Shown piece after piece: positions 27,433 through 34,283 of a stretch of 34,283 nt of DNA. A program made the position numbers and the translations under genes. Every line of letters begins with the position of its first letter. Position 1 is the stretch's first letter. The notes under the pieces are model-generated. The model ran no database searches. It was not told where the DNA came from and saw only the letters and a program-made list of their open reading frames with translations. The stretch is taken from assembly GCA_037442925.1 (NCBI GenBank), contig JBBIPG010000017.1, positions 1-34,283 on the forward strand, in the 5' to 3' direction. The stretch comes from Candidatus Fraserbacteria bacterium. Lineage in GTDB: Bacteria; Bipolaricaulota; Bipolaricaulia; RBG-16-55-9.

Positions 27433-28211
27433 CAGCTGCGCCCCTCCTCGGGCGGCACGCTGAAGTCGTCTTTGCGGATCCGCCAGAAGTGGATGGCGAT
27501 CAAGAGCACAATCAAGACCGGCAAGAGGAAGACGTGGATCACATACCAGCGAATGAGCGAGAACTGATTGAGATTATTGCAGTTGCTCACGCCCAGAAGC
27601 CCCTGTCGAACTTCTTCCCCCACAAAGGGGACGTTTTGCGCGATGTTGCAGGCGATCTTGGCAGCGTAGTACCCCAACTGATCCCAAGGCAGAATATAGC
27701 CGGAGAAGGCGAAGAAGATCGTGATCAAAAAGAGCAAGACGCCGATGATCCAGTTGAACTCCCTGGGTTTTTGGTAGGCTCCGGTGTAGAAGACGCGCAG
27801 CATGTGGAAGAAGACGACGGCCACCATCAGCTCGCCGGCCCACTTGTGCAGGTTTCTAAAATAGCGTCCCAGCGAGACTTGATTCATGATGTAGCGGATC
27901 GTGTCGAAGGCCCGCTCCACCGAGGGCACGTAATAGAACATCAAGTAGATACCAGACACGACTAAGATCACAAAGAGCCAGAAAGCCGTCACGCCCATCC
28001 AGAGCCAGCTGTAGCTCATGCGCATGGATTTCTTGTTGATCGTGGCCGGCAGGACGTGCACGAAGAAGTTGCGGCGGTTCATGGCCAGATAGTCTGTTTC
28101 TGTCTGTGGGAGGTGCTCTCGGCGGAAGATGGAGATCCAGAGTCTGCTGCGGCGTAGCCGCTGCATGGTGAGCACGAGCTTATCGATGATCCCGTAGAAG
28201 AGCAGGTTCAT
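27432..28211 (-). CDS. Cytochrome b, N-terminal half (cytochrome b6/QcrB-like)
   Basis: MFYYVPS, RNLHKWAGELMV..FFHMLRVFYTGAY..PREFNW, GYILPWDQ and RWYVIH...AIHFWRIRK; all four heme-ligating His are present. Confidence 0.93.
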   Translation of the reverse strand: MNLLFYGIIDKLVLTMQRLRRSRLWISIFRREHLPQTETDYLAMNRRNFFVHVLPATINKKSMRMSYSWLWMGVTAFWLFVILVVSGIYLMFYYVPSVERAFDTIRYIMNQVSLGRYFRNLHKWAGELMVAVVFFHMLRVFYTGAYQKPREFNWIIGVLLFLITIFFAFSGYILPWDQLGYYAAKIACNIAQNVPFVGEEVRQGLLGVSNCNNLNQFSLIRWYVIHVFLLPVLIVLLIAIHFWRIRKDDFSVPPEEGRS

Positions 28212-28215
28212 GTCA

Positions 28216-28848
28216 TCATCCTCGGCAGGGGACGCAATCGCTGCCGTCGGGTAGCGGTCCCTCTACCATGGCTCGCTTGTCGGGATCGAGATAGAGATTA
28301 TGGCCGACGCCCTCGCCTGTCTTGCGGCTTAACTCATCCGTGAGATTGACAATGCTCTTGTCCACTTGGAGGCGTCCATCGGCGGTGAGCTCGATCTGAT
28401 AGAAAGGGAGCGGTCGCGGGGCAGGTCCTCCCAGCACGCGACCATCTCGGGCGAATCTGCTTCCGTGGCAGGGGCAGTAGGCATGAACGGTGGGATATTC
28501 TGGATTGGGTGGTCCGAAGGGCTTATAAGAACACCCCAAATGCGTACAGATGGCGGAGACGGCCTGAAAGCCTTGGGGGCTGCGAAAGATATACACTTGT
28601 TTGGCCTCTAAGAGCCTCATGTCTCCCACTTGATAATCTTGGGGTCGGCCGATGGTGAAGACCGTCGAGGGCTCGTAGTTCATCTTAGGCAAGATGAATG
28701 AGATGATGCTGGTGAAGACTCCACCAAGCGAGAGTGCGAAAGCGCCCAATCCGAGGCGGGCAAAGAATTTTCGCCGTGTGATGTGGCGCGCTTGGGGCGA
28801 CTCCCCAAACTCAGCGACATCTCGGCCATCACGTCCTAGCTTCCGCAT
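28216..28848 (-). CDS. Rieske [2Fe-2S] protein of a Rieske/cytochrome b complex (Tat-exported)
   Basis: Twin-arginine motif TRRKFF plus a TM helix; CTHLGC and CPCHGSRF boxes; GPAPRPL. Confidence 0.93.
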   Translation of the reverse strand: MRKLGRDGRDVAEFGESPQARHITRRKFFARLGLGAFALSLGGVFTSIISFILPKMNYEPSTVFTIGRPQDYQVGDMRLLEAKQVYIFRSPQGFQAVSAICTHLGCSYKPFGPPNPEYPTVHAYCPCHGSRFARDGRVLGGPAPRPLPFYQIELTADGRLQVDKSIVNLTDELSRKTGEGVGHNLYLDPDKRAMVEGPLPDGSDCVPCRG

Positions 28849-28953
28849 CGCCCTGTTTTCAGCACCTTAGTTCACGCTGTGGAGAGATCGTACTCACCTT
28901 GGACCACAAGATCCATGATCCGTGTCATCTCAAACATGGGGGAGTCTGCTCGG

Positions 28954-28982
28954 ATTATAGCTGTGACGAAAGAAGAGGTCAA
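28954..28982 (-). promoter_or_regulatory. Putative sigma70 promoter of the Rieske/cytb-Rnf operon
   Basis: Minus strand TTGACC, 17-bp spacer, TATAAT, about 105 bp upstream of the Rieske start. Confidence 0.7.
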
Positions 28983-29003
28983 ACTCGTTTAATGCTCCCG
29001 GCG

Positions 29004-29033
29004 TTGCTCAAGGTCCGCCATTCGTTCTATAAT
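29004..29033 (+). promoter_or_regulatory. Putative sigma70 promoter of the aldehyde dehydrogenase gene
   Basis: TTGCTC, 18-bp spacer, TATAAT; GGAGG RBS before ATG 29082. Confidence 0.55.
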
Positions 29034-29081
29034 GGCAGAAAGATCTTTGATCTAAAAGATGGCGAACATGGAGGCAGAGCG

Positions 29082-30560
29082 ATGCGCTATAAGAACTGGA
29101 TCGGGGGCAAGTGGGTCGAGGCCAAGAGTGGAAAGTACTTCTCATCCACCAACCCCGCTGACCCCTCGGATGTACTGGGCGAATTCCCGCGCTCAGAGAG
29201 ACACGATGTGGATGCGGCGGTCAACGCAGCAGATCGGGCGTTCACGGAGTGGAGCCGAGTGCCCGCTCCGAAACGGGGAGAACTCCTCTTCGAAGTCGCA
29301 CAGCTACTGAAAGAGCGTAAGGAAGAGCTTTCCAGGCTCATGACCCGCGAGATGGGCAAAGTGCTCAACGAAGCGCGTGGCGACGTACAAGAGGGCGTGG
29401 ACATGACGTACTACATGGCCGCTGAGGGCCGTAGGCTTCTGGGTTACGTTACGCCATCAGAACTGCCCAACAAGACATGTTACGGCGTTCGTCGCCCTAT
29501 TGGGAGAATTGCCGTGATCACTCCCTGGAATTTCCCCTTGGCGATTCCCACGTGGAAGATCATGCCGGCGCTGGTGGCAGGCAACACGGTGGTATGGAAA
29601 CCGGCGAGCGACACTCCCAGACTTGCGTACGAGCTGGCAAAGATCTTTGAGGAAGTTGGTCTTCCCGAGGGCGTGGTGAATCTCGTCTTTGGCAGCGGCA
29701 GCAGTGTGGGAATCCCGCTGGCCCAACATCCCAAGATCGACATGATCAACTTCACCGGCAGCACCGACATCGGTAGAGAGATCTATCAGTATGGCGCAGG
29801 CAAGCTGAACAAAGTCCATCTGGAAATGGGGGGCAAGAACCCTGTCATCGTCATGGAGGATGCCGACCTGGAGCTGGCACTGGATGGAATCCTCTGGAGC
29901 GCCTTTGGGACTTCGGGACAGCGGTGCACGGCTTGCTCGCGCTTGATCATCCACAAACCCGTCTACAAGACTCTTCTGGATATGCTGGTGGAGAGGACGA
30001 AGAAGCTGAAATTGGGCAATGGTCTTGATCCTAGGACCGATGTGGGTCCCGTGGTCAATCCCATCCAGCTCAAGCGCATTCACGAGTATGTCGAGCTAGG
30101 CATGAAGGAAGGAGCGAAACTTCTGGTCGGGGGCAGAATCGCCAAAACAGGCGAATTGGCCAAGGGATCATTCTATGAGCCGACGATCTTTGCCGACGTG
30201 ACGCCCCAGATGCGAATCTTCCAAGAAGAGATCTTTGGGCCGGTGCTGGCCGTCACGCCTGCCAAAGACTACGACGAGGCCATTCGTCTGGCCAATGATA
30301 CAACGTATGGGCTCTCTTCATCGATCTTCACGCGCGATATCAATCGGGCTCAGCGTGCAATTGATGATCTGGAAGCGGGCATTACGTATGTGAATGCCGG
30401 GACGATTGGGGCGGAAGTCCATCTACCTTTCGGCGGTGTGAAGAACACGGGCAACGGCGGTCGCGAAGCAGGTCAGACAGCCATTGATGAGTGTTGCGAA
30501 TGGAAGACGGTGTACATCGATTACTCCGGCAGACTCCAGAAAGCCCAGGGGATCGAATGA
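29082..30560 (+). CDS. NAD(P)+-dependent aldehyde dehydrogenase family protein
   Basis: [39 protein letters not shown] and PFGGVK; start set to 29082 by the RBS. Confidence 0.95.
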   Translation: MRYKNWIGGKWVEAKSGKYFSSTNPADPSDVLGEFPRSERHDVDAAVNAADRAFTEWSRVPAPKRGELLFEVAQLLKERKEELSRLMTREMGKVLNEARGDVQEGVDMTYYMAAEGRRLLGYVTPSELPNKTCYGVRRPIGRIAVITPWNFPLAIPTWKIMPALVAGNTVVWKPASDTPRLAYELAKIFEEVGLPEGVVNLVFGSGSSVGIPLAQHPKIDMINFTGSTDIGREIYQYGAGKLNKVHLEMGGKNPVIVMEDADLELALDGILWSAFGTSGQRCTACSRLIIHKPVYKTLLDMLVERTKKLKLGNGLDPRTDVGPVVNPIQLKRIHEYVELGMKEGAKLLVGGRIAKTGELAKGSFYEPTIFADVTPQMRIFQEEIFGPVLAVTPAKDYDEAIRLANDTTYGLSSSIFTRDINRAQRAIDDLEAGITYVNAGTIGAEVHLPFGGVKNTGNGGREAGQTAIDECCEWKTVYIDYSGRLQKAQGIE

Positions 30561-30608
30561 TGCTCAGACGGAAGGTGATCTCCCACACATTCATTCAGGC
30601 GGCAATCT

Positions 30609-30617
30609 TGTTATAAT
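30609..30617 (+). promoter_or_regulatory. Putative extended -10 promoter upstream of the exosortase locus
   Basis: TGTTATAAT (TGn-TATAAT). Confidence 0.45.
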
Positions 30618-30730
30618 CCATCCAGGTGGGGTCCTGGCGCTTAGGGCAAGCGCGATCAAGAAAAGACACCCATCAAAAGAGGAAGGCAAGATACGAAGCG
30701 AAAACAGGCAGGCAAAAGGAGGAGGTTGGC

Positions 30731-31846
30731 ATGTGCCACAAAATTCGTTCATTCTTCTGGCTCGTAGCACTGGCGTTTGTCGTAGGGGTGTGGACGAGTC
30801 AAACCGCCGTTCAGGCACAGCAGGTCATCGATATCTGCGAAGCAATCGACACCTCAAGCAGTATCAGCAATAATCAACTGGCTCTTGAGATTCAAGGGTT
30901 CAAAGCCGCCCTCAACCAAGTACTGCTGCCGGCCGCCGAGGCAGGATCGACGATACGCTTGGCGATTGTAGGGTTTAGTACCAATGTGCAGACCTTCCTC
31001 CCTCTGACACTCGTGAACTCGGCGAACAGGGCCGCCATCGAGGCAGCCCTGGATGCCGTGCAGAACACGACGGATCGCCGATTGACGAATATGGGAGGAG
31101 CCATCAACCAATGCGTCAGCCTCTTGTCTGCAAACACCGTACCTCGGCGAGTGATTGACCTCTCCACGGACGGTCGACCGACGACGGGACCATCCACCAC
31201 GACTGCGGCCACAAACGCCAAAAATGCTGGCATAGAACTTTGGACGATGGGCATAAGCCCCAGCGCAGATAATACTTTGCTAAGCCAAATCGCCGGCTGT
31301 CCGCCTGCCAGCCCCAATTGCGGGGCCAAGAACTTTCCCGTGGCGACCTTCAATGACTTCGCACAAGCCGTCAGAGAGAAGCTGGAACTGATCACCAATG
31401 GCGGTGTCCAGCAGCCACCAATCGCTGTGGCAGATAGTACGAGCACCCAACCTGGCACACCCGTCGTGATCTCCGTGCGCAACAATGACTCTGATCCAAA
31501 CGCTGATCCTCTTACGATCACCAACGTCACTCAACCCGCCAACGGCACGGTGGTCATCAACCCCGACGGCACCGTGACGTACACGCCGAGAAGCGGCTTC
31601 ATCGGCACGGACACTTTCACATACACGATCAGCGACGGTAGGGGTGGAACGGCGACCGCGACTGTCACAGTCTTCGTAGGCGTCAGTCCGCCGGGCCCGC
31701 CAGGACCGGGACCAGGGCCTGGGCCAGGTCCTGTGGGCATCCCGGATCTCTCGACGTCTGGCTATCTGCTTTTGATGATCTTGTTCTCGCTGTTGCTCGT
31801 GAGAGAACTCTATAAGCGTGGCGCGCGTTCTCGCACGGACTCGTAG
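30731..31846 (+). CDS. Secreted VWA-domain + Ig/cadherin-like protein with Pro-Gly linker and IPTL-CTERM-like sorting signal
   Basis: Signal peptide; MIDAS DTSSS...T...STDG; PIAVAD..NDSDP..GTVTYTP..GTDTFTYTISDG; (GP)n; IPDLSTSG + TM + basic tail; AGGAGG RBS. Confidence 0.88.
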   Translation: MCHKIRSFFWLVALAFVVGVWTSQTAVQAQQVIDICEAIDTSSSISNNQLALEIQGFKAALNQVLLPAAEAGSTIRLAIVGFSTNVQTFLPLTLVNSANRAAIEAALDAVQNTTDRRLTNMGGAINQCVSLLSANTVPRRVIDLSTDGRPTTGPSTTTAATNAKNAGIELWTMGISPSADNTLLSQIAGCPPASPNCGAKNFPVATFNDFAQAVREKLELITNGGVQQPPIAVADSTSTQPGTPVVISVRNNDSDPNADPLTITNVTQPANGTVVINPDGTVTYTPRSGFIGTDTFTYTISDGRGGTATATVTVFVGVSPPGPPGPGPGPGPGPVGIPDLSTSGYLLLMILFSLLLVRELYKRGARSRTDS

Positions 31847-31880
31847 AACAAGAAAGAAAGAAAAAGAGAACGGGGGAGGG

Positions 31881-32399
31881 ATGCGCAAGCACGCAGCCAG
31901 CAACTCTCTTGCGATCTGGGGTCTTGCGGTCAAATCTCTGCTCGTCTTTGCGGGGACGTTGGCTCTGGCTATCACCTTTCTCCTTAGCCCTATCAGTCGG
32001 GCGTTGCGAACCCAGCTGGAAGTGATTCTTGCGCAGACAACGGGCACATTTCTGAGTTGGTTCGATCCTTCCGTGGCGATTCTTGGCTCTACGGTGAGAA
32101 TCAACGACTTCTCTGCCGAGATCATCCCGGCCTGCACCGGCCTATTCACCACATCTATTTATATTGCTGCCGTGCTCGCTTATCCGAGCAGATGGAAGGG
32201 TAAGCTTCTGGGAGTTGCGCTCGGAGTCTTTGGCATTTTGGCCCTCAACTGGATTCGCATTGTGAGTCTCTTGCTGGTTGGGGCATACTATCGGCCGGTA
32301 TTTGAATTTGCGCATCTATTTGTCTGGCGATCCCTCGTCATCTTCGCTGCGGCGCTTCTGTGGCTCTACTGGGTCAAACGCTTCACCCATGCGACGTAG
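31881..32399 (+). CDS. xrtH: Exosortase H-like transpeptidase (exosortase/archaeosortase family)
   Basis: Catalytic-type residues in IIPACTG (Cys), LNWIRI (Arg) and FAHLFVW (His); multi-TM; directly downstream of an IPTL-CTERM-like substrate. Confidence 0.8.
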   Translation: MRKHAASNSLAIWGLAVKSLLVFAGTLALAITFLLSPISRALRTQLEVILAQTTGTFLSWFDPSVAILGSTVRINDFSAEIIPACTGLFTTSIYIAAVLAYPSRWKGKLLGVALGVFGILALNWIRIVSLLLVGAYYRPVFEFAHLFVWRSLVIFAAALLWLYWVKRFTHAT

Positions 32400-32922
32400 G
32401 GATGTACTGCTGCGTTTTGCACTGCACTTTGTTCTCTACTTCCTGCCACTCACGTTCCTCTGGATTGCCGTAGGACCCCTCTATGCGGCTCTCATCTTCA
32501 CGGGAGCCAATCTCGTGTTTCACCTGGACGATCCTCCGGTGGCCCGCGTGGGAGAATTCTATGCCTACCGCGTCACAGAAACAGGGGATGTGCCGGTCTT
32601 CGCATTCGAGAGATATGGTCTCTTTTTCAACGCAGTTGTGCTTGTTGCGCTGCTCATGGCCACACCGGGACTGGTGTGGCTTGGCCGCCTGAAACGCATA
32701 GCCCTGGGAATGGCCCTGCTGGCTGTGGCCCACGTGCTCTTTGTCGTGTTTCAGGTGAAAGCCAGTTTCGTGAATATGGGTCTTCTTCCCATGTCGCCAC
32801 CGGCGGCCTACGCGTACAACTGGCTGGCAGTGCTCTTTGGCACGCTGGGAGAGGGACTCTTCCCCCTGCTCATTGCCGGAGCGCTCAGTTGGCGAGCCTG
32901 GGGACAGGCCCTGGGAAAGTGA
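32389..32922 (+). CDS. Exosortase-associated membrane protein
   Basis: Hydrophobic protein of about 177 aa (ALLMATPG, AHVLF) overlapping the exosortase stop. Confidence 0.65.
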   Translation: MRRRDVLLRFALHFVLYFLPLTFLWIAVGPLYAALIFTGANLVFHLDDPPVARVGEFYAYRVTETGDVPVFAFERYGLFFNAVVLVALLMATPGLVWLGRLKRIALGMALLAVAHVLFVVFQVKASFVNMGLLPMSPPAAYAYNWLAVLFGTLGEGLFPLLIAGALSWRAWGQALGK

Positions 32923-33109
32923 CGAGGCGTCAGTTGGCCTTTTCGCCGTGTTGTGTTAACATCTATGCACCAAGGGAAGAGTGTCAAATCAAAAGGTGAT
33001 CCGAGTCACAGACGTTACATTCGTAAGGAGACTAGAATCGAGCAGACTTGACAAATCACACAGGTAGGCACCGATCGCACACGAGCAAAACAAGGAGGCT
33101 AGCTGAAGT

Positions 33110-34283
33110 ATGACAGCTGCCCGATGGAGATGGATCTGGTTTGCGTCCCTTGCCGTCTTGGAATTGTTCGTGCTTTCCGGATTTGGACAGGTGACAACAT
33201 CGATCGATCTTGCTGAGGAAGCCGTAGATTTCACGATCATCTCCCGGGATGGAAGCGATGGCTTAGGCAGTGCCAACGCCATGGCTCTGGGCGACTTTAA
33301 CGGCGACGGGATCTTGGATCTACTGCTGGGTTCCGGCAACGGGGATGGGCCGGACGACCGACGCACAAACGCGGGAGAGGCATATATCATCTTCGGACGA
33401 CTCGATCTGCCTCCCACGTTCGATGTGGATGGCGTGCCGGGCCCCGATGTCATCATCTACGGGAAGGACCCGGGGGATCAACTTGGCAGAGGCGTGGCGG
33501 CCGGAGATGTGAACGGGGATGGGATTGATGACGTCATTCTCGGTGCTCCCGGTGGGGATGGTCCCGCGAACAGCCGCGATTCCGTAGGCGAGGTCGTCGT
33601 CATCGTGGGTGGTTCTTCTCTTCCGGCAAAGATCGACTTACAGCGCTCTCCAGTGAATCTGATCGTGTTTAACAACCAGCAGCGCAGCCAATTTGGTAGT
33701 GCCTTAGTATCTTTGGACATCAACGGGGACGGCATAGACGATGTGCTCATCGGCGATCCGGCTGCTCGCCGAGAAGCCGGGAGCGTATACGGCATCTACG
33801 GCCGAGTGGATCTTCCAGCGCGGGTTGACATTTCCGAGCCCAAAGGTCCGGATCTCTTCATCTACGGTGTGGATAGGGGTGACCGGGTGGGCAGCACTTT
33901 GGCCCGTGGGGACATCAATGGCGACGGGATCACGGATCTGGTCATTGGAGCACCCTTTGGCGATGGTCCAGGCAACAACCGCTCGGATGCGGGAGAGGCG
34001 TATGTGATCTTAGGCCGTGGTGGGCTCCCGCGGGTGATCGATCTGGCGGCCACCAGCGCGGATATCACGGTCTACGGAGCCGATGCGCAAGATCAACTGG
34101 GCACGTCGGTGGCCACGGGGAATATAAACGGAGATGGGATCACGGATTTGCTCGTGGGAGCACCGGGGGCGAGTGGCCCCAGCAACCAGCGCGGAGCGGC
34201 GGGCGAGGCCTACATCATTTACGGAAGGGGGACGTTGCCCTCGGTCTTTGACATCAGCACCAATAGTCAAGATGTGGTTATCC
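33110..34283 (+). CDS. Secreted FG-GAP (integrin alpha beta-propeller) repeat protein, runs off the right edge
   Basis: Not in the ORF track (open at the edge). AGGAGG RBS, signal-like MTAARWRWIWFASLAVL..., and five in-frame repeats of the form GD(F/V/I)NGDGxxDxxxGAP...AGEAYIIFG. Confidence 0.9.
   Translation, partial: MTAARWRWIWFASLAVLELFVLSGFGQVTTSIDLAEEAVDFTIISRDGSDGLGSANAMALGDFNGDGILDLLLGSGNGDGPDDRRTNAGEAYIIFGRLDLPPTFDVDGVPGPDVIIYGKDPGDQLGRGVAAGDVNGDGIDDVILGAPGGDGPANSRDSVGEVVVIVGGSSLPAKIDLQRSPVNLIVFNNQQRSQFGSALVSLDINGDGIDDVLIGDPAARREAGSVYGIYGRVDLPARVDISEPKGPDLFIYGVDRGDRVGSTLARGDINGDGITDLVIGAPFGDGPGNNRSDAGEAYVILGRGGLPRVIDLAATSADITVYGADAQDQLGTSVATGNINGDGITDLLVGAPGASGPSNQRGAAGEAYIIYGRGTLPSVFDISTNSQDVVI

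Noticed and set aside
28899..29081. N-terminal extensions given by the ORF track (ALDH here; similarly 12475, 13083, 14057, 17579, 20804, 20809, 25022, 30626, 31818, 32278)
   Set aside because: Downstream ATGs have RBSs or stop-start overlaps and match the family N-termini; the extensions overlap neighbours or promoters.
31688..31737. Tandem GC-rich repeat as a phase-variable VNTR
   Set aside because: It encodes the Pro-Gly linker with varied synonymous codons, so it is not a perfect DNA repeat.
32923..32946. Terminator after the exosortase-associated gene
   Set aside because: Only a weak 4-5 bp stem with a short T run; not enough support.

Overview
Bacterial genomic window with no rRNA, tRNA, CRISPR or intact IS element seen. 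(1) 1-20770, almost all minus strand: ribE-ribBA-ribH, an MTHFR-like gene, an alkaline-phosphatase-superfamily gene and a CysD-like gene lead into a surface-polysaccharide cluster. The cluster has a complete WbpA/B/D/E/I-type UDP-2,3-diacetamido-uronic acid pathway, a GT2/pyruvyltransferase fusion, an AsnB-type amidotransferase, GT4s and Wzm/Wzt. It is interrupted by three toxin-antitoxin loci and two internally deleted gene remnants. (2) yidC-jag on the plus strand. (3) The stand-out feature, 23007-28848 (minus): a tightly coupled six-gene operon. It encodes a Rieske protein and a split cytochrome b whose two halves enclose RnfC/NqrA-like, RnfD/NqrB-like and a membrane [2Fe-2S]/RnfB-FeS protein. 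The cytochrome b subunit IV is itself fused to an NqrF-like [2Fe-2S] domain. This is an apparent hybrid Rieske/cytb-Rnf/Nqr respiratory complex. (4) An aldehyde dehydrogenase, then an exosortase H system (VWA/Ig substrate with an IPTL-CTERM-like tail, exosortase, associated membrane protein) and a truncated FG-GAP repeat protein. All calls come from motif recognition by eye; no searches were run.
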